From: Ramazzottius varieornatus | Lineage: Eukaryota; Animalia; Tardigrada | Length of the DNA stretch: 64,000 bases | Reading direction: 5' to 3' | Assembly: GCA_001949185.1 (NCBI GenBank) | Contig: BDGG01000005.1 | Span: 2,407,249 to 2,471,248 of the forward strand | Shown: positions 12,259-24,300 of the stretch, one piece after another | Layout of the letters: each line of letters opens with the position of its first letter | Numbering within the stretch: position 1 is the first letter of the stretch | Notes under the pieces: model-generated | Seen by the model: only the letters and a program-made list of their open reading frames with translations | What the model was told of the DNA's origin: nothing | Databases searched by the model: none | Position numbers and translations under genes: made by a program

Positions 12259-12391
12259 GGTCACCGCTGTTCTCCATCCATATGATCCAAGCACATGCAC
12301 ACGCTTCGAAGCGGGAAACGAAAGCAAGATCTAATCTAACTTTACCAAGAAGAAAACCGAAGACAGTACAAAATTAATAAAAATTCGGAGT

Positions 12392-12602
12392 CTGGGCAAA
12401 GTTCCTCAGAAGTCTGGGGTCACGGCGTAGAGGCATAGTCGAGGAATTTAGGTAGGGGGCAGGGTAGCCTAAGGGTAGGGGCTTGCCATGTGGAGGCCGA
12501 GAATTTTCAAGAAAAACCCGAAACCTTTCCTTGCCCTTCTCAAATTTCATCAGCTATGCCTCTACGCTATGACCCCAGACTTTTGAGGAACCTTTCCCAC
12601 AG
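12392..12602. mobile_element. MITE with ~58-bp imperfect terminal inverted repeats
   Basis: CTGGGCAAAGTTCCTCAGAAGTCTGGGGTCACGGCGTAGAGGCATAG pairs with CTATGCCTCTACGCTATGACCCCAGACTTTTGAGGAACCTTTCCCACAG. Confidence 0.75.
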
Positions 12603-13122
12603 CTAGTGCTGGCAACGATACGGTATACCGATATCGTATCAAAATATATCGAATCTTTGCGATATAATATGCAGCAAATATCGTATCGAAGATATCGATA
12701 TGAAGCTCATATCGAATAACGCGATAAAATATTTGGCAATATCGTGTCGCGCCATATCGATATATAGTTTCGATATATCGGTATTTTGGTGAATGGCAAA
12801 CTCGGTAATGATACACGTTCACGAAAGACTATGGTTGATTTCAAAGCCTTGATTCTGGCCATGGTGTACCGAAAATACTCCGCCCATTCGGTCCTGTCCC
12901 GAATGTGCCGTCAGCACCGATCTCATTGCACTAGCCTAATCGTGCGGCCGTATGTATTCATGGGCTGGAGCGTGCGTGCACGATCATCTTGTTTCTGCTG
13001 GATATCGATAGCAAATTTTCCATACTACAGTTTCCCGATTGTGAGTCTTGGAAGTTTGTTCGGCGGTCTTTAGCGGAATTCGAAACCTCTCATCATAAGC
13101 TCGTAGGAAGACTATTGAGAAG

Positions 13123-15631
13123 GTGTTCGGGCGACGGACGTCTCTGGAAGCTGAGCTTCGTCGACATGAAGAAGAAGACGCCGAGCGGGAGCGAGACAGG
13201 GCTGAGTTGTACGGAGAAGAAGATGTTCAAGCACCATCACCTGCTGCGTCTTCGATCTCCACAGCTCCCAACACGACTTCGAAGAAGCGGAAAGCTGCCG
13301 AGGACATTGAGCGGCGAGCGCCTGTTTTTCAACACTGGACCCATGATGCCGTGAGGAAGAAGAGCTGCTGTAAGTACTGTAAGAAGGAATACGCTGACAG
13401 TAACTCAAACACTCCCCTGTCGAAACATAAGAAGAAGGCTCATCTTAACGTGCTGGAAGGCAAAAGTGCGAAGGAACGAGTTCCAGACCGGTGTCGTAAG
13501 ATGGACAGGGAAGCAGGCTGCGGAGTTCCAACAATAAGCAAGAAAGCCAAGAGAGAAAAAGACGACAAGCTGACGCGCCTAATCGTGAAGTGCTCTTTAC
13601 CATTCTCGATGGTCGATTACAAAGAATTTGTCGAATTTGTTAAGGCTCTGAACCCTTCGTATGTTGTACCGTCCAGAAACACTCTGAAGTCTTGGCTGAT
13701 CGATGACTTCGAAAAATACAAGGAAGGCACCTTCATTTTCCCAAGCGGCGCAGGCTCCGTGATGATAGTATGTGAAAAGCGCGCCACGTGAAAAGAAGCT
13801 TGACAGAATTGTTTTTCCAAGTGGCGCACGTTATGGTTGCCATTGATTGGAATGTTGTGTCACTCAGTATAATGATCTTTAAATATTTGTTCGCCCAACT
13901 CCCGCATATTGGTAAATTTTTTACGGTCCGAACCAGTAGCTGAATTCAGAAAAATCTGATCACGATTGTTTTGTTTCTGTAGCTAAAGAAGAAGCGGCAG
14001 AAACACCTAGAAGGATATCCCTCACCATGGATCCATGGACGTCACTAGCGCAAGAAGGATACATGGCTATCGCAGCACACTGGGTGACCAACGAGTTTGA
14101 GCTGCGCCGAGTCCTGCTTGACTTTGTCGATCTGCCTGCCGAACATAGCGCCGAGAATCTGAAGAACTGTTCTGACAGTCTTGTGAGATTACGACATTGC
14201 TCATAAGACTCTAGGCTACATAATGGACGGTGCAGCGAATATGACAGCCTACTTTAAAGGCATCCTGCTTGAACTACGAATGGAGAGAGAAAACCGCGGT
14301 GTGAAAAACGACGGAAACTTTCTATCTTTATGATTACTTGGTATCATCTCTGTAGGAGATAACATACGTTGACGTTGGGTTTTTCTGCTAACACTTTCCG
14401 AATCCAAAGTACGATGTATTTGTCATGTTATGAATACAGTGTGTCAGGTTGGCGTGGTAGTTGAGAAGAACTTGATCGGTCGAGTATGCGAGTTGATCAA
14501 AGTCGTGAAAAGACCAAAACCCAAAAGAATCTTCCGAAGTCTGCTCACTGACGACAAAAAGAAGAAGCTCGGCCTGCCGCTGGACTGTTCGACCCGTTGG
14601 AAGCACGTTACACATGGTGGAAAGAGCCTTTGAGATGCGCCACGATTTTAAAAAGTACTTCACTCTGCACGACAGCATGGACATGAAGAAAACTCGTCTA
14701 CTGGAGAAGGAATGAGACGAGATGAGGGAACTGGTTGAGCTCCTGACGCCTATGCAGCAGATTACGGTCGACTGCTCTGCTGCAGCAGAACCAACATTTC
14801 ATGTCGGAAAGTTTCGTCTGACACGTCTGGCTCTTCACCTTAGACAAAGCCAAGAACTTCCAACGGCGGCAGGTTTCGTAAATCTGGTTGCTTTAGGTTA
14901 TGTTGATTTTCCCTTTATTCGGTAGTATCCACTTTTGTAGTTTTTCCTTGATTTATTTACAGGCCGATATTCTGAGAAAGACTGCAGAAGCCATGGAGGA
15001 CAAGATGACGCATATCAGTCAGATGACGCATAAGACGTGGTTAATGTTGGGCAGCTTTTGGATCCTTGCATCAAGCGAAGCCTGGTACCAGACACGGTGG
15101 GCAAGCTTGCGGCATCGGATCTGTTAAAGAAGTTCTGTGCGTTCTACAAAACCGAAAGTGACCAAATTCCGAAGTCGACAGCAGTTACTTCCGTGTCCAC
15201 CAGCACCATCCGAAGGGTGTTCCTCGAACTGCTGAACAAGAATGCGAGTGCTGACTAAAGCGAAGCGGGACAAATATCTAGGCAATATTCTTGGTTCATC
15301 AATGGTACAATAATTGCCTTACAGTCTGCGCGCTAAATAGGATCTGTTTTTCAACCCAGGTACGGCGCCGGAATTGGATTGCAAGCCATTGCAGTGGTGG
15401 AAAGAACGTCGAGAGATATTTTCAACTTTGTGCAAAGTAGTGATGAATATTTTAGCTGTCTGTGATTCTTCGTCTGAGTCCGTGCACTGGTTTTCTCAAA
15501 GTGGTAGAGTAATCCCGAAGTCGCGATGTAGTCTTGGTACTAATTCTGTCCAGGTTTCCATGTATTTGAAGTCTTGGCATGGTCACGTCTGTCTTGCTGA
15601 ATCCGAAGCTTTTGATCTTACTAATACTTGA
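13123..15631 (+). pseudogene. Disrupted, intron-containing hAT transposase
   Basis: BED finger (CKYC...H...H), LPFSMVD..F..FVKALNPSYVVPSR, ISLTMDPWTS...MAIAAHW, LDCSTRW and dimerisation domain PLQWWK...SSSES..FSQSG. Broken by stops and frameshifts (e.g. TGA near 14714, TAA near 15256). Start approximate. Confidence 0.9.
13743..13865. repeat. Two tandem N27 palindrome units (hAT transposase intron)
   Basis: Units at 13743-13789 and 13819-13865. Confidence 0.85.
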
Positions 15632-15931
15632 TGTGGAAATCGGCTGTCTGAGTTCTTGGGCTTAAACCAGTGGAATTCCGAAAAATTAAAATAGCAGAAA
15701 TATCGATATATCGCTGCGATATGATACGATACATTGAAAATACGGTAACGGAAAAATATCGTATCGAACTGTATCGTATTTTTGCCAGCACTACCCACAG
15801 CCTAATTCTTTGCATTTCTTGATTGGAAGGTTCTGCCGATTGCGAGGATACTTCAGTACAAAGTACCAGAGCAAAACACCTACAGAGGCCCGGAGTCCAA
15901 AGTCCTACGAGTAAAAGGATTAACCCAAGCA

Positions 15932-16110
15932 TAGTGCTGGGATAAATACGATAAAATACGATATGATATTTTCTGATGAATATCTTTCAATGTTTATATT
16001 CCGTTTTAGATATGAACCACGTATCGATAGTTCAATATGATACGTTTCTGATATTTTATTGTTGATATATCGAATTTTATTGCAGTGATATATTGATATA
16101 TCAAGCCATT
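15932..16110 (+). mobile_element. Truncated hAT-related end
   Basis: TAGTGCTGGG followed by CGATA/GATAT repeats like the ends of the 12604 element. No matching right end seen. Confidence 0.6.
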
Positions 16111-16293
16111 ACCATGTTGAAAACAATCGAAAGATCCAAAGAGAAACCAAACGGCTGTCGATCACTACGTTTGAGTCAGAAAAAAAGTCAAATGTCTTCC
16201 TGTACGCGACTGTGTTCGTTGCTCAATCTATCAAGGTCTGTCGTTACGCACCTAGGTACGCTGACTGCTCACTTCTCCGAAGTCAGCTTGGAT

Positions 16294-16724
16294 TAATGAT
16301 GAGCATTACATCTTATGTTACATTTACACGTTTTCACGACATTATAACCACGGGGAAGTTGTAGTGTAAATGTGAAATGTAACTACAACTGTTACCTGCC
16401 AGAATCTGCGGTATTTGTAAGTATTTTGCCGCCAGAAATCTAAAATTCGGCTGACTTACGCGGAAAAATGTCAAACATATCCTGAGTATGGTCATTTTGC
16501 AGCCGTATTTTTATCTTTGTCTGGAAGATAGTTACTAAGATCTATGTTCTGTGCAAACATAGTTGGTTCGTTATTTTCGTCGCTCCTTGTGACTTGTAGG
16601 CGTTACAAACTACTCGGTCTGTGAAATGTAAACTAGTGTAAAACGTAATTACACTTTTACAATTACACTTTTTTACATTAGACTTTACGTTACACGGACC
16701 ATCTGCGTGTAACGCTCATCATCA
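16294..16724. mobile_element. hAT-type MITE
   Basis: TIR TAATGATGAGCATTACA / TGTAACGCTCATCATCA, near 8-bp TSD GCTTGGAT/GCTTGAAT, TTACA/TGTAA subterminal repeats. Confidence 0.75.
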
Positions 16725-17353
16725 GCTTGAATGCATATGCGCGATACACTACGAGCGAGGCTGCGCTTCGTGCGCGGTACCGAACTGGAGTATTACAGAG
16801 ATGAAGTTGGCACCCCGGTACACTTTGCAACTGTTGCTATGGCCTTGCTGCGCCCCTTTCGTGACGTGTAACTAGATTTTGCTTTCCGGAGTTCCCCTTA
16901 TTTTCGGAAACTAGCGTAATCGAGGTTACGGTTGGCTGGCATTGAGAAGCATGGTGGCTCCCCAATTATTCAAAGATCTGATCAGTTGCTTCGCTTATCA
17001 GTGACGTTGCAACTCATCTTACCTACAGTCGGACTCTTTCCCGGCGGTGGCAACTTAATGTGTGTATTGACTTCCGAAGTTCCGATTCTCAAGTCGCAGC
17101 GCCTTACGTCAGCTGCGACAGGGAAAAACGGCGCGAAATGTCTGTGCGTTTCATCCAGCGCATGACGTATTTGACGCCTTGGGTTGTTCCGATTTTTGAA
17201 AACTGATCTGTATTTTTCTTAGCTCTGTGAATGACTGTGATCAGCGGTGGATCGTGGACGGGTGATTTACTCAGCCTAATATGGGCAGTGGGCAGAGTAG
17301 ATCAGTAAGGCGGAGCTAGTTTGAGAAGTAAGGAGTGGGAACGAAAAGAAAAT

Positions 17354-18026
17354 NNNNNNNNNNNNNNNNNNNNNNNNNNNNNNNNNNNNNNNNNNNNNNN
17401 NNNNNNNNNNNNNNNNNNNNNNNNNNNNNNNNNNNNNNNNNNNNNNNNNNNNNNNNNNNNNNNNNNNNNNNNNNNNNNNNNNNNNNNNNNNNNNNNNNNN
17501 NNNNNNNNNNNNNNNNNNNNNNNNNNNNNNNNNNNNNNNNNNNNNNNNNNNNNNNNNNNNNNNNNNNNNNNNNNNNNNNNNNNNNNNNNNNNNNNNNNNN
17601 NNNNNNNNNNNNNNNNNNNNNNNNNNNNNNNNNNNNNNNNNNNNNNNNNNNNNNNNNNNNNNNNNNNNNNNNNNNNNNNNNNNNNNNNNNNNNNNNNNNN
17701 NNNNNNNNNNNNNNNNNNNNNNNNNNNNNNNNNNNNNNNNNNNNNNNNNNNNNNNNNNNNNNNNNNNNNNNNNNNNNNNNNNNNNNNNNNNNNNNNNNNN
17801 NNNNNNNNNNNNNNNNNNNNNNNNNNNNNNNNNNNNNNNNNNNNNNNNNNNNNNNNNNNNNNNNNNNNNNNNNNNNNNNNNNNNNNNNNNNNNNNNNNNN
17901 NNNNNNNNNNNNNNNNNNNNNNNNNNNNNNNNNNNNNNNNNNNNNNNNNNNNNNNNNNNNNNNNNNNNNNNNNNNNNNNNNNNNNNNNNNNNNNNNNNNN
18001 NNNNNNNNNNNNNNNNNNNNNNNNNN
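17354..18026. other. Assembly gap (N run)
   Basis: Continuous Ns. Confidence 1.
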
Positions 18027-18036
18027 CACTGCTCAT

Positions 18037-18562
18037 TAGAGCCCTGCAATATGCCGTACGTTCTGTACTGCACTGCATTTTACTGCATTGTAGTGCAGTT
18101 GCAGTCGCCGAAACGATGAAAAAATGCAGATGCAGTGCAGTTGCACTTTCGGGAAACCGGATGCAGTGCAGATGCAGCACGGGTTTTCGCTACTGCTGCA
18201 GGGCGCTGATTCCTTTTTGTCCTTATACGCTAAGCGCATACTTGTTGTGCCTGCTTCTAGTACCCCTTCTGAACGACTTTTTAGCCATACCGGTGATGCT
18301 CTCAACAGTAAGCGAACTAGTATGCTGCCTGAAACTGAGTGATCTGATGATTATTCGGTGGAACTATCTCGCAGAAGAATAAATAATTATCGATAATAAT
18401 TTATGCAGTATCGATGCAGTAAAATGCAGCTAGACGTTCATGGATGCAGTGCAGTTGCAGTTTCCCTCGGTCAGAATAAATGAAATAAATAAAGTTGCAG
18501 TTTGGAAGAACTGGATGCAGAGCAGTTGCAGAACGGATGTTGCGTGCTGCTGCAGGGCTCTA
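18037..18562. mobile_element. hAT-type MITE
   Basis: TIR TAGAGCCCTGCA / TGCAGGGCTCTA, near 8-bp TSD CTGCTCAT/CTGCACAT, many TGCAG repeats, and an extra internal right-end copy near 18196-18208. Confidence 0.8.
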
Positions 18563-19854
18563 CTGCACATATCCACAATCACGGAACTGTCACTTACGAC
18601 CTAGGGAAACTTTGTTATCAGTGCGCAATTCTATCTTTTGAACAGGAGACCCGGTGTTCGAATAACATTCGGAACGGCGTTTCTCATACAAAAAGGTATT
18701 GATTGACTGATTTCCGTTCCAAAGTTGGGCTGCACTTGCTGTTACGCAGCCGTTCTGTCTTCGGATAATTCACTGAGTAAATCACCCTTCCATCGCCGAC
18801 TGTGATCTTCCTCTGAAGTGAAGCTCTCACTCTTTGCTTCTATCGGATCTTGATCGCCACATTTCCGGCCATGGACCTGTAAGCCCTGAACCTCGAGGAG
18901 GCTGCTTCGTCGAATGCAGCGGAGGTAAGACTTGGAGAAAACACTTTCACCGATCTGTATGGTTCCAGACGGATGCTGAAAAAGCGGGAATGGTTTGCGC
19001 TGGTCCTAGCTGTCTCCTTCCTTTCAAACCAACTGATGCCAAGGAAATCAGCTTCCACCGTTTTCCCACTGGTCTTCTTGGCAGCTTATGGCTTCATACA
19101 TGTGGGATGAAAGATACCCTCGGTATAGTCGACCACGTTTACATCTGCAGTACTCAGTTCCAAGCCACTGACTTTGAACCGGCCGCCAAGAACAAACAGT
19201 CTGAAACACGGCTTTTACATACAGCGCTTCCTTCATGTGTCTTCGACGGAAGTGGACAGCGAATACAGCCGACGAAATACGGAGGCGACGAGCAAGTGCA
19301 CGAGGTAGAGCAGATGGACGACGCTTCCGCTGAGGTAAAGATATTTCTCGAATCAAACTACTTTATCGAAAGATATTTGCACGGTTGATTATTGCCGTAG
19401 GTGGAACCTGCCAGTACAGAAGAGGTACCTTTAAAGTGCGCCGTCGCAAACTGTCCGCATATTCGTGGAGATCCAGGCTCGCTCCACATCAGCCTCTACC
19501 CTTTTCCACGGGGCATGTAGGCCAAGGTCTGGCTGGTCAAGTGTGGAATGGACATGGATACTGGGCATGCTCATATCTGCAGTGCTCATTTTAAATTGAT
19601 AGATTTTCATCCCGACACCATGGGGAACAAAACCACGAGACAATTGCTAGAATCAGCCATTTATTCCATCGGGTCGGTTCCTTTCGCTGCATCTATAATT
19701 TAGTTCTCTCCGACACTGATCGCGTACCAACTGAAGTAGTAGTCACCTCTACGAGCGCGATGGAGCAAGAAGCGAACGATGGCTCTTTGGTGAATGTAAG
19801 CAACCAACGAAGACTGGGAGCTCGGCGAACGAACTCAGCAAGACTGTTTCTTCC

Positions 19855-19901
19855 AGGTGCCGCATGCTTTCGCCCAGCAACACCGGGGACGTGCGCCACT
19901 T
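19855..19901. repeat. N27 palindrome unit (THAP pseudogene intron)
   Basis: AGGTGCCGCA-27nt-TGCGCCACTT. Confidence 0.85.
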
Positions 19902-20647
19902 GTGAACTTGACGAAATCGCTCTTCCAAGTAGAATTCCGCAAGACTGTCAGAATGGTATCTTCTTGTTTTCTTCCTGTGATGTTTGAGCGGTGCATTATT
20001 GTTTCTTTTTTCTAACATCAACTCAAGAGCAAGAAGCAGGGAAAGCCCACAAAGAGCACCAGAAGTGACTGCGCAGTGTCGATGTGCCGTTACTACCACG
20101 GGAAGCCCGGCTGTGAAGAGGTCTCCTTCCACAGGTATCCAACAGGTGTGGATCAAGGCTTACAGAAGATATGAGGAGATCGGCAAGAGCGAGCGCATGT
20201 GTAGTGGCCACTTCTGCCTTCCCACAGACTTCCACTTTTCTGGAGCTGGACTGGTGAAACGGATTAACGAGACGGCACCGCCTTCGCGCTTTGACTGTCT
20301 TCCCCCCAAGACTCCGGCTTGCGTATGCGAAGTCAGCTCCGAGGAAAGACCTGGCTGCTGGAGAGTTCGGGAAGCCCATCCCAAAGAGGCTGGAACCGAC
20401 GAAGTTCTCGCTGAAGCACTTGACGCAGAAAGCGATAAACGATGTGGACAGTCTTCGAGAGTCGTTGAGCGATGCTGGGAAGAAGATGCATCGGGCGAGC
20501 AGTAAAATAGCGGACCAGGAAAGGGAGATCAACCTTTTGAAATCTCACTCGACGCTATCACGTCGACCAAGGTGAAAAACTAGAATTTCCCAGAATATAA
20601 TGGCTGATTGGGAGCTCGGCAAACAAAGTCGACAAAATTAGTTTCCC

Positions 20648-20776
20648 AAGTGGCGCATGCTCTCCGTATTATTGGCTGTAACCGTGCGCCACTTGTATAA
20701 ACTCTCTTATCGAGTTTGGCCGTCTTCCCAAGTCGCGCACGTCTTCAGTGTTATTAACTGAACGTGTGAGCCACTT
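20648..20776. repeat. Two tandem N27 palindrome units
   Basis: Units at 20648-20694 and 20730-20776. Confidence 0.9.
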
Positions 20777-21303
20777 GGAAGAATGATCTCGCCCAGTTCG
20801 TCTGCCGAGGGTCCAGAATATATTATTTATATCACTTCTTTAAATGTTCTTTTTGTTCCTACAGCGTAAGTTGGATGGCATTCTGGGGATGGATCGCCTG
20901 ACCGCCGAAGCAAGAAGGATTCATGAACTGGGCGAGTCGTCATCAAGAGAATTCAAAGTGATGGGCAACTCTCTAAACCTACAGCTCTAGATACTTACCT
21001 CAAAGAGTTTTCTGTGCCCACAATGTTAGAATTGACGAGCCCACAGTGTTAGAATTCATTGACAAATTAGTCACCGAGAGCCGAATGCGACGGTACTGAT
21101 GATCATTATTACGTCGGTGAGCGACTTGACTTCGGTTCACTCGGAGCTCTCCCATAAGTCCTTTCCCACTTTTTATCAATGTCCAAACAAACCATTCTGT
21201 GGTTAAGCCATCGATAAAACATAAAAAATCAAACAGCGATATCACAGTAACACTGAAGGCACGAGTCAATCTTAAAGAAAAAGAATTCGCCAGAGTATTC
21301 CCG

Positions 21304-24300
21304 TCATGGTTTGCGAGTTTTGGTCTCCAACCATCGAGTACACAGGCTCTGTACAGCCCCATCACCGGTTTGTTGAGCTTCGGTACCCACAAAGGCCACA
21401 AGATCCACACGCTGCATCTGCACAGCCAGCAGATAAGCTGACCGTAACTTCTTCCCTTTCACGAAAGCTTCCACCTGCAAGAAAGCGAGAACAGTGATGA
21501 GTTACGAACAGTAAACTCAACCCCATGATTTTCCGGATGGTACAGAATGATTGTTGATGAGAGATCATTTCAGATTGCGTTCTGATTATCTTTCCACCTT
21601 TTTTGTACAGTTTCCTTCGACTGATTTTATTGGGAGGTCTTGCTAACAAACAAGTAATTCCATAAGACTGTTTTTTTCCATTCTGCGCACGTCATTCTTT
21701 ATTATTGGCTGAGCGCGTGCGCCACTTGGAAAAACGATCTTGTCGGGTTTGTCCAAATGGCGCATGCTGTCAGTGTTATTGACTGGAAGCATGCGCCACT
21801 TGGACAAGCGTCCCTGATAAGTTTGTTTGCTGCGCTCCCCTTAATTTCATCTTGGAGAAAGCTGAGAGGATACCATTTTCTGATGCTACTGTAACAGATC
21901 TGTGACTATTATCACCTTCTTTTCGTCGGAGGACATCTGCTTAATGGCCAGTTCCCATTCCCTTGCAGCCGACGCCCTAACCGCCGGCCCACATTGACCG
22001 ATCATTCTTATAACCAACGCATCATACGCTGAATCGGTCATCTTCCTCTCTTTCCTCAAGGTTGACAAGATGTTCAGTATCCCTCTGATACATTTCTTGC
22101 TTCCGGCACTCGCTGCCTTCACCAACACCTCTTCCACGTCCATGCCATGGTTCTCTATAATCGCTAAAATGTCATCTTCGATCTTCGGCGTAGCGTGGTG
22201 CTCGAGCAAAATGCTCAACAAGTCTGTCTTGACTTGAACATTGCCAAACAATGTCGGTAAGGGAGTTGAACGAGAAAAATCCAGTGGGGTTTCCGATGCG
22301 AGGAACTGTGTGACTGAGATCTGGAGTTCGATTGTCTTCAGGAACTTCCGCGTCTCGGTCGTGGACATGCTGGATCTCACGCGTTGCAGAGGCTCAGTTT
22401 GCAATGTGTTGCGTGTTTCGAGGTACATTGTGAGATGTTTTTGCGCTTGTTCGAGGAACTCGACCCGACTGTGGTAATCTTGGTGGCGTGTAGAAGGTCC
22501 TCTTTGAAAGAGAATGACGCAGGTCGTTGCCGCTCTGATAAAATCCTAGAATAGAGTAACCGTAGAAAAAAATTCAGACCGCTTCCAATCATCCATGCCT
22601 AAGCTGAAAACATGTTACAGTATCCTGTACATCATACAGTACACGCAAGACGTGTAATTATGGTACAGTAAAAATTATGGACAGGCGGAAAGGACGGCGA
22701 AATGGAAATTCGACGGAAGAAACTTGTCAAAAAATGTATTACTGTGAATCGGTCGCGTAAGTACGTGCTCCCGTACCGCGGTAGCGAAAAGGCCTGTACC
22801 ATAATTTTTACTGTACCGTAATTTCTACTGTACCATGATTTCTCGTTCTGCGTGTACGAGTACATGGTGTAACAACACTGAAAATTCATCTGGTGTCGGT
22901 TCAATTTTTGTCGAAGTCAAACATCAATGTAAACATCAGAGTATTACCTTTATGAATATCTGGAATTGGAGAAGAACACGGTTCATGTTGCGTTTGGTCA
23001 GCTGCTTGCAAATTCCAATCAGAGTATCAGCCCATTTGCCCAGAGTCGGATCGGACAAAAGCAGCTCGTCCTCCAGGGAAGCCAGCTGCCCTGCTCGAAG
23101 ACTCGGCAAGACAATGTTCTCCATTACGACTTCAGCACCGACATTCTAGTAAGACCAAAGATTGAACAATAAAGCTAATATGGAAGTAAACCGAAAGAGA
23201 AAAAATCGTTGTTCGACTTACTTCTCGCAAGGAGTATTCCAGAGCTTTCTGGGTCAGGCCTTTCTTTATGAAGAACCGCAGCAATGTCGCATACGTCCCA
23301 TAAGCTTCTTGATAGTAAAGACATTCCGTCATTTTCTTCTGACTTTCTTCCTCGATCACGGACGGATCCACCGCGTCCACTTTCAGAATGTCGCCTTGCA
23401 TGACCAAATTGATCAAACTGTCGGCCGAAAACGCTCCACGTTTGCGCGGCATCCTCGCTCCGTCAATCACGTCCATCAGTTCTTCCACGGTCGACAGTGA
23501 GGATGTGTTAGTCTGTGCTTTGTCCAGGAGAGGCTTCAGACATTTCGACAGCTTCTCCCTGGCTTCCGGAAACCTTCCGGCTTTGAGTAAGGAGCGACCC
23601 CAAGAAAGCCAGACGTGTCCGGCGTCAGCACCGGCTTTGGTCGACAAGTCGATGGCGAGAGCGTAGCGCTCTTGAAGCACCAGCTGATCCCGAACCCGTC
23701 TGCAAAAACACAAACCATCACAGATTGCAGATGCGACTATGTGGGACAGGCAACTGCAATGTACAAGATCACTTCCATAACTGGCGCACGGTTCGAGCTA
23801 GCAACAAGGAAAAAGTGCGCCACTTGTGATGACGATCTTGGAAATCTCATCTGCTGGCTCCTCATACGACATATCAATAACACTAGCTAGTGGTTCTGAC
23901 CACTGGGAAGGCCGAGCAAAGGAGGCAAAAGATTATAGGCCACAAATTTTCACTGCGTTGCGTTGCAGTTGCGAGTAAAAAATTTCTGTTGTCCGGATCA
24001 AGTTACGCATTTGTTTTCAGTACAGAGTTTGCGATATGTGAAAGCTCGAACAATCTGATCGTCCATTGATATCTCGACAGACTTAAAAGGGCCTCGCTTC
24101 CCTCGGCCTGATGACATCACCATACGGACAAGCATACATGACATCGTTGCAACCGCCGAAACTAATGTCCCTGGTCTTGTGGCCACGAATTTTACGAAGT
24201 CAAAACAATTTACCTGACAGTGTCCATTTCCGCTATTTGCTGAACGGATGGAATCTCCGTCGCACCAGCGTCCAAAAGCAGCTCGATGAGCTGCAGCTGG

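Larger units (their letters stand above)
12604..15793 (+). mobile_element. Full-length hAT DNA transposon
   Basis: TIRs TAGTGCTGGCAA / TTGCCAGCACTA, perfect 8-bp TSD CCCACAGC (12596-12603, 15794-15801), dense CGATA/ATCG subterminal repeats, internal transposase. Confidence 0.95.
18990..20990 (+). pseudogene. Decayed gene with three THAP zinc-finger domains and a coiled-coil-like tail
   Basis: THAP1 CAGPSC..SFHRFP..W..ICSTQF. THAP2 CAVANC..LYPFP..W..ICSAHF with in-frame TAG at 19518-19520. THAP3 CAVSMC..SFHRYP then frameshift to VWIKA..MCSGHF. 3' end approximate. Confidence 0.75.

Noticed and set aside
17276-18382. Long ORFs spanning the N run
   Set aside because: Artefacts of translating Ns.
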